A stretch of 64,000 bases of DNA from Chrysomallon squamiferum. Lineage: Eukaryota > Animalia > Mollusca. The DNA is taken from NCBI GenBank assembly GCA_012295275.1, contig CM022665.1, positions 18,600,001 through 18,664,000 of the forward strand, read 5' to 3'. Position numbers and translations under genes: made by a program. Below, in pieces: positions 1-17,638 of the stretch (within the stretch, counting starts at the first letter, position 1; each line of letters opens with the position of its first letter). The notes under the pieces are model-generated. The model had not been told where the DNA came from, did no database searches, and saw only the letters and a program-made list of their open reading frames with translations.

Positions 1-131
1 ATGAAATCAACCAGCTTTTCGGAAACATTCAAGAAATTGTTCCATTTCAGAGACAGTTTCTTACCAGCTTGGAGGAGGCCATTGAACTAGAGAGTGATTT
101 CTTTACCACCACTGACCCCAAACAGTTCAGA
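1..131 (+). CDS. TIAM1: TIAM-like GEF exon (partial)
   Basis: [20 protein letters not shown]...KQFR, then GTAAGT donor at 132. Confidence 0.85.
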
Positions 132-3100
132 GTAAGTGAGAGCGGTAACAGTGTTTGTGTAATTCATGTTTCTTTGAAAAAAATGTTTTGTATGTTGGTA
201 GCAATATAAACACACTGAGAAAACAATTAAGAATTTTAAATTCACAAACAGTAGTATTTATTTATGAAATAAATGATAATTTGTGTTTATGTTTTCAGAG
301 AGTGTTGTTTTCTATTGGTGGATCTTTCCTCTACTACGCAAATCACTTCAAAGTGTACAGCTCATTTTGTGCTAGTCATTCGAGATCTCAGAAAGTTCTC
401 AATATTGGTAAGTCTTAATCTTCTACATTTATCTCATATCATTCCATGTATACTAAACCTTTTACAGTAGAATTATTTATTTCATATCATTTCATTTTGC
501 ATCAAAATTATTTTTTCATATCATTCCCTGCATATTAACCCTTTTGCATCAGAATTATTTTTCTCATATCAATCCATGTATATTAACCCCTTTTGTATAA
601 TGTCACTTATCACTATATATGTGTGTTTTATACATGCACTATACATATGTTATTTACATATATCTCTATATAATATGTATTTTATACATAACACTATATA
701 TGTTTTGTAAATATATTTATGTGTATTTTACACATGTAAAGTATATGTGTGTTTTATACATGTACTGTATAGTGTATATTTTATACATGTAAAGTATGTA
801 TGTGATATATATATATATATATGTCATTGTTTGTGTGTGTTTCAGATGGTAATGAGGAAATGAAGAATTTCCTGAGGGCTCGAAACCCCAAACAGCAGCA
901 CTCTGCCACACTGGAATCATTCCTAATCAAGCCAATTCAACGAATTCTCAAATACCCACTACTGCTACATCAACTGTGTCAGCTGGCACAGCCAGACACT
1001 GATGAGCATCATCATCTCACTGGTGTGTATGTTGTAGTCATCTGTGACATTCACAAACACTTCTTTGTAATAAGGTACCAAAGTAGTAAGGTATCAAATT
1101 AGTAAAATGTATGTATTTTTACATTTTCTGATTGTAGAAGCACTAGGAATGGAAAAAGGTAAGGTTTTTATTATAAACTGTCTGTATTTTTACAGTATCT
1201 GATTGTTCAAGACATCAGAACAAAAAACAAGAAAAGTGTAAAGTGTGACACAGTTTTAAGTCAGGTGTGTGTGTTGTTCATGTTGTAGAAGCACTACGTG
1301 GGATGGAGGCAGTTGCTGAGCACATCAATGAGATGCAGAAGATCTATGAAGAGTACGGATCAGTGTTTGACGATCTGTCCAAGACTTTCAAGAAAGTCCA
1401 TCCACACAAACAGGTAATTCCACAGTAGTGTTGTTTTAGATTCACCACACGGCCAGTATTTTTTGTTACACTGACAAGTGCAGAATATTTTATACAATTT
1501 AATGTGTGTAGGGTTTCACTGTTAGGGGCTGATTATTGTATACAGTTCAACAAGTGCAGTTTTCCCTAATTCAGTCAGTTTTTCACTGACAGGTGCATAT
1601 TATTTTATACAATTTATGGACTGCAGTCTATTTTTGATTGAAGCAGTTTTTCATTGAAAGATGCATAACATTGTAAACAATTTATGGAGTTTTGTTTTTC
1701 ATTGATTAGGTCCATATTTTTTTAAATACAATTTAAAGAGTACATAGTCTCATTGATTGGACCAGTTTTTAACTGACTGGAGTGATTTTTCACTAAAATA
1801 TGCACATTTGTTTTAAAGTACAATTCAAGGATTGCAGTTTTTCACTGAATAAACTGACATGTGAAAGAGTTTTAACTGATTAGGGGTTGTGTCTGTTTCA
1901 GCCGGTTGATCTGAGTGTGGGTGAACTACAGATGTATGGCATGGTGGAGTGGTGTAACATGCTGGAATACTTGGGCAAGGTGAAGAAGACAATGGACTTT
2001 GAAAACACAGTGTTTGTTTTTAGAAGCGGAGTTGTCTTCCTTTGTAAAGAAAGAGCCAAAAGAAGAAAAACAAGGGTATCCTTACTAAACAGTTTTGTGC
2101 TTAGGGTTGTTAATATTTCCAGGTCATTGCTGATTTTTTCTTTTAATTAAAAAAAAAAAAAAATTAGTGTGTGTGTGTGTCTAAAAATTGGGTTATTTTA
2201 CAGTAAATATCTGTGTATTCCTGTATATTTGTATCATATTATTTGTTATTTGTCAAGAATTAAATAGTTCAGTGTATTGTATAAGTGTACATTTGTTATT
2301 TATGGAATACTAATCAGTTAAATTTACTTTTTACATCTAGTCAGTACCAAACAAAGGTTCTGATATGTCAGACACAGTCGAACGGTTCCGCACTCTAATT
2401 CCCACCCAGGAAGTGCAGGTGCGTGTTGGGAAGATCAGTGACATGGACAGACATTACTGGTGGGATCTCATCCACTCCCGCTCAGACAGTGATGGGCGGC
2501 CAGAAAGATTGTACCAGTTCTGCAACAGGTTAGAAAATTGTCATCTCATGTTGTGTAATAGTAATATCTTTTCTTTTGACATCACAAGAATACTTTGGTT
2601 AATTTTAGAGGTTTGCAGGTCTAAATTAACCATGGGATTTTTACCACGGAATATGTGATGATTTTTAGTAAAATTTATGTAACTAATCGGTGAAATTCTA
2701 TGTGTAGAAATACAATTATTTATCTTTTTGTTATTGATTAAATAATACATATGGTATATCTATAGGAGATAGTAGTGATAACAGCAGGAATATTTTTTTA
2801 TGTTAATTTTACATAGAAAATATGATGATCTTTTAAGGTTGGTAAAGTGTATGAGTTACAGTAGATTTTTTATTATGACATTTGATTAATATTAGAGGTT
2901 GAGTTTTGGGGTTTTTTTTGGTATTAACTAAGGAAAATATTATGATCTTAAGTAAATCAGTTCTATAACAGGTTAGTGAAATGTTGTGAGTAATATTAAA
3001 TCATTTTATATTTTTTCACAATAGGCTATTACTATATGAAGAAAAATGATTTACCTTAAACTATATCTTGTTTGTTTTATATTACAGCACACCAGAAGCT

Positions 3101-3745
3101 AAGGCAGATTTCATGAAAGTGATTCGACAAACTATTCGAGAAAACGTCAGAAAAATGACGCTGCCTGCAAATCGACCGGTGCAGCAACCAGCAGTAGTGG
3201 GCAGTCCAAAAACAACAACGAGACTGGAGCAGATTCCAAGCATCAACAAGAAGAGGACAAACCGACCACTGGATCCTGAGAGGCATTCGATGGACTTTGA
3301 GGAGAAATACTGTGTGATAAGCTACGACAGTTCGTTCAGAACTCGCAGCAAGACTATCGGCGATCTCAATGAAGTAAGTTTAGACGAGACTACTTCATAT
3401 AACACTGTTGTTGTGTCTGAGTCTCAGATACCTCAGAACCAGAGTCCATGCTCCTCCAACTCAAACCTCAGCGGATCAAGTCACAGTGGGTCCGCCCGAC
3501 TCCTGTATGCCAGTGCCAACCCTCTCAGTTACTCCTCTGGTTCCGTTAATTCTCCAGCAGGCTCCCCTGTCTGGAAGCAGAGACCTGGCATAATGCAGGG
3601 CAGTCCTAAGTCTCTTATTAAAGATGGAAAAACGGGTATAATAGTGGGCGACCAGTCTGGTTCTCCCAGACGTAAGGACACTCAGAAAACTGTTGTGTTT
3701 GCCAGTCCTCCTGGGCTGTCAGGTTACAAAGATACAGAATGCTAA
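1..3745 (+). CDS. TIAM1: TIAM1/2 / still life (SIF)-like Rac guanine nucleotide exchange factor, 3' part (DH domain C-half, PH domain, C-tail); 5' end outside window
   Basis: Exons <1-131, 299-407, 846-1022, 1289-1413, 1902-2075, 2341-2528, 3088-3745 join in frame across GT-AG introns. Peptides [65 protein letters not shown] and [16 protein letters not shown] are characteristic of the TIAM/SIF DH domain; a PH-like segment follows and the protein ends KDTEC*. Confidence 0.9.
299..407 (+). CDS. TIAM1: TIAM-like GEF exon
   Basis: tttcag acceptor; [13 protein letters not shown]...KVLNI; GTAAGT donor. Confidence 0.88.
428..600. repeat. Degenerate ~40-bp intronic tandem repeat
   Basis: Recurring TCATATCATTCC...TTTTGCATCAGAATTATTT. 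Confidence 0.6.
846..1022 (+). CDS. TIAM1: TIAM-like GEF exon
   Basis: tttcag acceptor; [21 protein letters not shown] motif; GTGTGT donor. Confidence 0.88.
1289..1413 (+). CDS. TIAM1: TIAM-like GEF exon (end of DH domain)
   Basis: ttgtag acceptor; [24 protein letters not shown]; GTAATT donor. Confidence 0.88.
1455..1880. repeat. Degenerate intronic minisatellite
   Basis: Recurring CAGTTTTTCACTGA...TGCA...ATACAATTTA. Confidence 0.55.
1902..2075 (+). CDS. TIAM1: TIAM-like GEF exon (PH domain)
   Basis: tttcag acceptor; [13 protein letters not shown]...[15 protein letters not shown]; GTATCC donor. Confidence 0.85.
2341..2528 (+). CDS. TIAM1: TIAM-like GEF exon (PH domain)
   Basis: tctag acceptor; [14 protein letters not shown]...WDLIHSRS...[10 protein letters not shown]; GTTAGA donor. 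Confidence 0.85.
3088..3745 (+). CDS. TIAM1: TIAM-like GEF last coding exon
   Basis: ttacag acceptor; [19 protein letters not shown] (PH C-terminal helix), then a Ser/Pro-rich tail to TAA. Confidence 0.85.
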
Positions 3746-6700
3746 GATTTTTATGTCATTGTTTTTCTTGTTAATATGCTCATGTGATAATTAATATATA
3801 TTTAAAATGTTTTAGTATTTATGTGTGGTGCTGTAGGTGATTCCGTGAGTGATGCTTCTTGAAGACATTGTGTTTCCTTTTTTCAGATATTGTGAACGTT
3901 TGTGGAATCACATGACTACAACAGGTCATGTGACTTGTATGGTGAGAACATTCTTGCCTGGTCTGGTTTAGGGGCTTGACATTTGTTTTTTTTTTTAGTT
4001 GTTTTTTTTTTATGCAAATTGTTCAGCATGGTTTCAGATATGTAGACTGATGGTTTATTTTTGAATTGTGTTGGAAATTTTTAAAAAATATATTTATTAT
4101 TTTTTTTATTTCTATTATTATTATTTTTTTTTAATTAATATTTTTTTTTTTTTTTTTTTTTGGTTGTGGAAAATTTAAAGTACACCAGCCCAGTTTTGTG
4201 TACAAAATTAAATTTCACAGATTTTTTTTTTTCACACTGTATAATTGTCTCCCTACATTCACTGTTATTAAGTATGAAATGATTCTGCTTCTGTATGCAT
4301 TTAAATTATCATGTAACAGTTGACTGCACAGAGCATGACAAAAACATCTTTACACATTTTGGTTTTTTAATATATATATAACATGTTTGTATCTGTAACA
4401 TTGTCATTCTTCAACTAATTTATTAACTAGTCTGTGTAGAATAGTAGTATTTTAAAATGTTGACAAATACACATTTTTAAATATCATTTTATCATGTTTC
4501 ATAATGTTGAGGTTATTTTTAATTATAATTTATCAACGCATAAAGATCATATAATTATTCACTTTTATTAGAAACATATTCTGTTGTTTGTAATATTTTT
4601 ATTTATTTATTTTTTATTATTATTATTTTTTAAGTAGATGTTGTACTTAATTATTATCAGGTTCATTGTTGAATAACTGCAGTTAGTCTTAAAATATGGT
4701 ATTTTAAAAATGTTTTTAAACTTGGCAATCTTTTAAAAATGTTTTTTTATTACTTTTTATTTTGTTTTTTGGGTTTTTCTTTTGTTTGTTTATTATTTAG
4801 TACCTTAAAATTACAATATTTGTTTATTGCAGAAGTTTATTATTATATATTTATTTCATTTTTTAAAATGTATTTATTTGTTTTTGTTTTGAGAGAGAGA
4901 GAGAGAGAAAGAGAGATTTCAGAAAGAACAAACACTGATGCCATCATCATCATCTTCATTATCATCGTAATATTTGTATATTCAATGACTAAATGTTTGT
5001 TAAAATATGATGTAAACTTACTGGTGATAACTCAACCACTGACAGCGAAGTTGAAACAAATTAGGCCAAAGGATATAATGTGCAATGTTTTTTGTTTTAT
5101 TTTAGGTATATTTTCTTGTCCATATGATTGTAATTTATTGCAGTAAATCTTTGTTTTTGTTGTGGCTTTTGTGTTTCATTAGTTACGCTTTAATGAGTGA
5201 ATGAATATCTGAGGTTGTGCAAACAATTAGTCTAAATACATTTTGTCTGTTTATAACAACTGACTATTCATGTTGACCAGTTACTGATTGTTTATCAAGA
5301 TCAGTGTTTTCTAATAATAAAGTTTATCAGTAATAAATCATTGATTGTTCATGGAGATATATCTGTTTCTAACAATAATCTAAGTCAGTAATTAAGACAT
5401 AAATAAATAAACAATTAAGAAAAAAGAACAAGACTTGGAAGTATACAAAATGTATTTATTGACTTCTTGTTGACATCATTGCAGGTTCACATTACTGGAC
5501 ATTGATAAAAAGTATGATAATTAATAGTTAGTGCAGTATAGCTGTCATTAGTAGTTGTTTTTAATTAATAACAGTAATTAATTTATTGTATGCTAATTAC
5601 TGATTGCTGCAGGCAGCATATCTCACATTATTATTGCTCACTAAATAAATTACTGAACTTTTCTCATTTTATTTTACTTTATTTAAAAAATTTAGATTAC
5701 AAATAGTCTTGTTGATCATTGAAATAATTCATGAGTGAATAATGATGGATTATTTATACAAAGCTATGGACTAAGGGATAAATAATAATAATGTAAAAAA
5801 TAAATAAATAAACAGATGAAATGTAGACAGAATATTAATTTTAAATCTTCTCTAAGATTAATGATAATAATTTTTAAAAGGTTTTTGATGAAGAGAATTA
5901 GAAATTTTAAAAACTTGTTTTTGTTGTTGAAAAAATGACTTAATATGGAAAAGAATAAATTGTCTGTCTGTAATAATTTGATGACCTTTTTTTTTTTTTT
6001 TTCTTTTCATTTATCAAAGTTTATTTAGAATGATTGCATAATTAATGTTGTTACAATTATTAATAGATTTCCAGCTATGTTGATGTGTTTTTCATTGCCA
6101 ATTCATCTGTTTAAATTCATAATTGTCACTTCTGATGTCAGTAGTGAAAATTCATTTTGAATAGAAATAATATTTATTTCTTTCAAAAGTGGATCCAGAC
6201 TGGTTTTGTTTTGCAGGGGAGATAACTCCAGTTTCATAATGAAATGGAGACATGCTTTTGATGAACATGTAACACAGTTATGAGAATAAAAATAATTTTC
6301 TTTGTTGCATTTACTCTTCTTGGATATGTACTTGTGACATAACTATGACATTCCTTACATACTATAAAAAAAAACTTTAAAAAAAACCTTGTTTTTCTTT
6401 CTTTTTAAAATTTTAATTCATCTTTGCTCATTTTAGTCAAATTGCATCAGTTACCAGTAATGACAAATATAGCAGTAATGTAGATACAATTTAAAATTAT
6501 AAGTAAAGAAAATACATTATAACTACCAGTCTGCTAAACAATTTATCATTTAAATGAATTTAAAAACACCCCAGCACAAAAAATGTATCAGCTTTTCAGC
6601 ATATATCACTTTTAAAATACCAATTCAATTATAATAATTAGCTATTTGTATGTACTGTGTACAATAATAAAATTAATTTTAGCAAAAAAAATAAATTATA

Positions 6701-7119
6701 AAAATAAATAAATAAATAAATAAACAAACAAAAATCAATAAAAAGCAATTAACCTATAAGACTTTTCAAAACTTTCTCAAGAATGACAGACCTGTTACCT
6801 GTAAATACACCAGTATTGATAAATACTGTCTACTATCAATAAACAAGGGTAAATATAATTACAGGGAGGATCAACTCATTTTCCATAACTCTTTTTACCT
6901 GTTACAAGTGCAACAAAATGTTGCATAAATTTTGTTCTTATTTAATTTACTAGGTTCTTCCAGAAAACAGAATATGTAGTTAACAATCTGTAAATGACAA
7001 GCCAAAATAAATATCATTGATACTTGGTTGAAATGTGAAATTAAGTAATTTTCTTCTGTAGCCATGTGCCACATTAACTTTGGGTCAAAATACATAACAA
7101 TTATCTTCTTTCTTTTTTT

Positions 7120-7500
7120 CTTCTTTTTTGACAGAAAGAGCCACATATTTGTGATTTAATACAATATAATAATTAATTCTGGTGTTGTTGGGTTTTAAAA
7201 ATATTTTTGGTAGATAGAGCCATGTAATTGTAGTTTAATATAATATAATAATTAATTCAGATATCTTAATTGTTATTTTTGACAGATAGAACCTCATAAC
7301 TGTGATTTAATATAATACAATGATTAATTTGGATTTTTAAACTATTATTTTTGACAGATAGAGCCATGTAATTGTTATTTTATATAATTTAATACTTAAT
7401 TTGGATTTTTTAATTATTATTTTTGACAGGTAGAGCCATGTAATTATACAATATAATATAATATAATATAATAATTAACTTGAATTTTTTTATTATTATT
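7120..7500. repeat. ~60-70-bp tandem repeat
   Basis: TTTTGACAGATAGAGCCATGTAATT...ATAATTAATT repeated about 5 times. Confidence 0.7.
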
Positions 7501-7711
7501 ATTATCTTTGGCATGTACTGATGATTTAATTTAATGTAATAATTAATTTTATTTATTATTGTTGTTGGAGATTGTCTTACAAGACTCAGAGATAAAGTAC
7601 TGAGAAAACCTAAAGAAGAAACCTGCAGGTCAGGTCATATTTCATGTCATCACTTCAGTCTTACTTTGTAGTTGTCAGTGTTCTAGTCTATGAAAACAGT
7701 TATAAAATAAA

Positions 7712-8250
7712 TTTATCACAAACATTTCTTTTCTTCATTTTTATTTGTTTTACAAGTGATAGAAACATTTCATCATAATCATGAACATTTCTTAATTTTT
7801 ATTTAACAAGTGATAGAAACATTCCATCATAATCACAAACATTTCTTTATTTTTATTTATTTAACTATTAATAGAAACATTTCATCATAATTGCAAACAT
7901 TTCTTTTATTTTATTTTATTTATTTAACTATTAATAGAAACATTTCATCATAATTGCAAACATTTCTTTTATTTTATTTTATTTATTTAACTATTAATAG
8001 AAACATTTCATCATAATCACAAATATTTCTTTTCCTAATTTTTATGTTTTACTAGTAATAGGAACATTTCATCATAATCACAAACATTTCTTTTCTTCAC
8101 TTATTTAACTATTAATAGAAACATTTCATCATAATCACAAACATTTCTTTTCCTAATTTTTATGTTTTACTAGTAATAGGAACATTTCATCATAATCACA
8201 AACGTTTCTTTTCTTCACTTTTATTTGTTTAACTAGTAATAGAAAGATTC
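7712..8250. repeat. ~60-bp minisatellite
   Basis: AATAGAAACATTTCATCATAATCACAAACATTTCTTT repeated about 9 times. Confidence 0.85.
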
Positions 8251-9058
8251 CACAATAGTAAAAAAAAAAAATAATATTATATGTTTAGTTTCATTCATTT
8301 TAATCCGAAAAGATATATAAAACATTATAAAATGTTCTGTCGCCATGATCAAAATAATATTATTCATTAGGAAAAAAATGTATTTAGAAAACGAGTGAGT
8401 CTACGAGGTTCTTTTTATTTTATTTTTATTTTATTATCTTATTTTTATTTTAAATTGATGAATGAATATTTATTCAGATGTTCTCTTCAACGTATTTTAA
8501 CAGTAAGTTTCAAAGTTGCACCAGAAGATGTCGCACATCGTTTTTATTTATTGAGGCATCTAAAAGACAACTTGGATGGATAATTCTTACCATTTGTGTG
8601 TGTGTTTATACTGGTTTCAGTCCTTTTATAGCAGAATATATCCAATTTTTTATGAATGAAGCACAATCAGGTATTTTGGTTTAAACGATTTCAAACTATC
8701 TTAACATATGATCAAAGAGAAATATAATTTTGTTGATAACTAGTTATGAAATTGTGAATGGGTATTTTTCCGCGCGTGCATGCATGTGTGTAGGTGTGTA
8801 TTTGTTAAAATAGCTTTCTCCAAAGAAAGATATTTAACTTATTTAATTCAGTGCCACTATAAATAACACAAACACTAAATAAAGCTTTTATCATTTTATT
8901 TTACAGGAAGATAAACAGATATACGTCAACCATAATCGACGTAGTTCTAACAGAAAATGTTTTATTTTTTGTAATTGTCTCAAACCCATGCAATTTATTT
9001 GCAGTACTTATAAAATCATTATGATTCACAGAAACGACCCTCTTCAACAACACCACAA

Positions 9059-13358
<4,300 letters not shown>

Positions 13359-14262
13359 TTTCCTTAGCGTTAACTGAAATAAAAAAATATATATATACAT
13401 TATTTTAAAATGTTGGACATTTTTGTTTAAATTTTTATTAAATCTTGGAGAGAGATAGAGAAAAATGTAATTTTAAAAATAATAATAATAATAATAATAA
13501 TAATAAAGAAAGAAAGAAAGAACAATTAAAAAAGAGAAAATTAACGGAATCGAATGAAGAAAGAAAATAGAAACCCGTAAAAAGGACTAAAACAAGGACA
13601 TATAAATATGAATATAAAAAGTAAATGAAAAAAGAAAAAGTAAGAAAACAACGGTATTTTTTCATGTTTTCCACACAAAGCTATTTTAAATAAATTAATT
13701 GTTTCTGAACAGCGACAGAAGTGATTAGCAGTTCCGGGTTGATGATTAAAAAGTATTTAATTTTTTTCTTTTTTTTTCTTGATAAGTCAAATTTATATTT
13801 CATTCATTTCCACATAACTATCAAATATACAATCTTAAGTTTGTTTTTCATTAGAAATTGATGACAGGGCAACTAAGATTAATTTAAAAAAAAAAAAAAA
13901 AAAAAAAACTGCTGCTATAATCCAGACATTACTAATTATAAGTTTTAAACTGCAATATCGGAGTTTAATATCCGGAAAACTCTTTGGAGAATATGCAGTT
14001 TCCCCGACAATTTTAATATAAAATATAAACTTCTCTGGCGGACATTTTTTGTCCTGAACATCAGATAAAAATCAAGCAATTTATTTTAAGTGGGCTAACA
14101 TATAAGTAAGTATCCGTGTGTTCAGCATGTACAGGACCCTTATTTTTATTTACATTCTGTTGTATTAAAATATTTCCTTTTTTCTTAAACCAAATAAACA
14201 AACAAACAAACAAGTAAATAAATAAATGTAAAAAAATAGAACATGTCCGTTTTCTAAATATT

Positions 14263-14300
<38 letters not shown>

Positions 14301-14894
14301 GTAAATAAATAAATAAATTAGAAATAAGGAAAAGAAAAGAAAAAACCCGTAGTGTCCTAATACTTGTTAAATAAAAATCGTCAAACCGTTTGTCTCTGGT
14401 TAGAAAATCGTTTTTCGTTCGACCATTTTCAATACTAACCTGTATCATTCGGACCCTATATAAAATGTTATGGTTCGCGCTGTTCTGTCATTATTAATAC
14501 TAACATAAAAAGTACCCCTCTATTAATGAAAACAAATAAACAAATAAATAAATAAAAATAAATAATAGTAGTAGTAGTAGTAGTAAAACTTCTACTACTT
14601 GAATAATAACTACTACTACTACTGCTGCTATTATTACTACTACTAGTAATAATAATAATAAAATTTTGGAATACAAAATATTTGTTAGCTGATAATCAGA
14701 GATTAAAAAGTGTTTTCTTAGTTATTTAACAATTGTTTGACTGAAAAAACACACACACACACACACACACAAACACACAAAGAAGAAAAAAAGGTTCATC
14801 ACAGCCGATGACAGAAACATCAAGTAATATATTCGATCTTCTAACAAACATTAAAATTATAAGCATTAATTACTCCAATACTATCATCACTTAC

Positions 14895-14925
14895 CGTTTG
14901 TTACTATTATCTGTCAACTTTCTTC
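14895..14925 (-). other. Candidate non-coding 5'-UTR exon of the LamG-like gene
   Basis: tttactttcag acceptor and cg|GTAAGT donor. The first coding exon has an acceptor upstream of its ATG, which suggests an upstream exon. Confidence 0.35.
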
Positions 14926-17638
14926 CTGAAAGTAAAATGTTGATTTAAACATCTTCCTACCCCCGACATCTTTATACTCACTCATTTGATAGATAGCAAC
15001 GGTTTGATGGTTTGCCGATATCGGATCACGCCAAAGGTTACGCGACGTTTTATCGCGTTTTCGTAAGACCTTAGCCGATAAGACGTACGGTTACGAGATC
15101 ACACAATTCCATCGTACCGTCTTCTCTCCCCGAAGGCAGTGAGTTCAAACTATCATATGAAAATATTGATCTTAAGATTGGAGGGGGGGGTGGATGGGGA
15201 AAGACAGGATTTCATTGCACAAAGATTTGATCGTTTTAATATTTTATTTTAAACGGAATAAATTAACACTTCGTGACTTGTTTATTTTGAACGATTGGAA
15301 ACCTAAAGAGAGTGAAAAAAGGTGGATCTTGGAGCAACTGCTGGGACGTGAAATAGAAAAGATGTTCAATTCCAAGTAAGTTAGCTACTGCCAGAGGCAA
15401 GGTATCTGCAGTATCTACTGACCAGTGTGCATCATCCACTCGAACGTATTCAACCTGCTGGTAGCAGTTAACCTGTTGCTGTTAAAATTCCACAATATTC
15501 CGAGGCATTTTCTTTAAAATGATTACAAACTAAGACTTTTAAGTTACAACTTGTAAATGTTTTGGAAGCCTATGTTCTACTGCCTTGTGTTTCCCTCTTG
15601 ATAAGGTGAAATATTCTGATCTGTATTCAAAATCTGTTCAGAATTTGTGTGAGTCAATGAAAGTTCTGAAATCTGACTTTCTAAAGTAATATTTTCATCA
15701 GTATCAAAGAGTCTTGTGACTTCATCCCAGCCTTCCTCTGTGGATTCATACTCCATTCCTGCAAATATTGCTGTTTTCTTCTCCAAGGAATTATTATCAG
15801 TCTTGATCATAGCTTGGTTTTGAAGAAAATGAAAGAAAAAACTCTGTGTCTAATAGAGACAAAGATGCCAAAATTTTGATATAAAACATCATGAAAATGT
15901 TGACCTAAGAGATTGACAGTGTATGTCAGGCATGTAATCTGTGTTAATTAGTTCATTGATAGATCAAATTAACAGAGTGCTTATGAAATTAAGGTTGTAG
16001 CCATTGTTATAACTGCCCATACCTCTTTCTGAACCTATTGCTTCGACAACAATTTGTTTTTCTCAAACTCCGTAAGTGCACTTATGACATTCTGGTTTAA
16101 TATTTTTAGCACAAATATACTGATTTCACTGGAACCAAACTGTTGTAAGTGCAATCACTACTTTTTGGCATCAACAAATATTAGACCTACTGACATGACC
16201 ACTTACTGTCCATAATCACTTACGACTGTGTTGTGCTGATTGATATCTCAGAAAGCTATTATACTGCTATCTTGATTCTTTGATATATAAAAGACTATAC
16301 TACTGTACATGCACTGGTGGTAAAATGTTATTTTTGCAAAAAATGCACTTAAGACCTTCTGTTTTACATAAATTCAATTTATTTATTAAAGCAAATGTTT
16401 TATTAATATAAATTAATGCCAGATGAATCTTGAATAATAAATATTAATTTGATTCAATAGGGAAATAAATTTTAAACATTATATTGTTTATAACCAAGTA
16501 AAAATGTTAAGAATTTTTTTGTTTGTTTGCAAATTACCAAAATAAAATAAAAATATGGCTATGTGAATGTATCTAGATGGTAGCCAGCCTCATGAAAGAT
16601 TAATGGATTGTAAAATCAGTATCCGTAAATGACTGAGAAAGCTGTAATAATTTTTTGGACAACGTAATGAAAATACAATACTTTATTTCATCAATTAAAA
16701 ATAATAAATTGTCTGAGCTGATTTGTACTTAACGTGAGACTAAACATGATACATAATGCTGAATATTATTTCATTAACAATATATGTTTGTATGTAAACA
16801 AAGATAACCTGCTAGAAACAGTATCACAATTTTTGTATCACAGACATGACAAATATTAAAATAATAATAAATGTAACATAAATTTACCATAAAAAAAAAT
16901 ACACTAAATTCTGCATTACAGAAACACACAGATAGCTGGACTCTCAAGTAAATTTCATGGATGTATATTATCAGTGATGTACACTACATATACTTCTGTT
17001 ATTATAAATGCAGTAATAAATACACACTTCAAAAATGAAATGACCTAACACAATTAGCAACAGTGTACAAGTAAATTTCATAGACATTTATAGAGTAATT
17101 ACTGACACACAGTGTATCAGTATGAAAATTTCTGTTACTGTAAAACCAGTAATTATTATATACTTTAACAATGTCTATCAATAATGAAATGACCTAACCC
17201 AATTACCAATGTTGTACAAGTAAATGTCATGGACAACTATGAAGTTAATTATCACTATTGCATATACATATATAAAAAATTTGGCCACTATAGATCTAGT
17301 ATTATTACATACTTCAACAATATCTGTCAACAAAAATCAATACTGTGTGAATAACAATTAAATGGTTATAACTATATTAAATCTGACCTTTGATACTGTA
17401 GAATAACAAGTAATTTATGTAGTAGAAAATTATAGAAATAATATCCTTAAAGTGTCCTTGAGATCATAACATCTGTGTGCTCATTTATGGCTTTTATGTT
17501 TATATGTATTGATAATCTGTTTCTGTATAATTCAAAGACAGATGTATTATGAATAGCTTAGATGCACACATAATATACTGTGTCTATTTAAAAAAAAATA
17601 CTGTCAACCACACTATTGAAAAAGTAAATAAAATATTA

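Noticed and set aside
15577-15812. Alternative last exon of MLH3
   Set aside because: Splicing from the phase-0 donor at 18227 gives an immediate stop, not the 77-aa frame.
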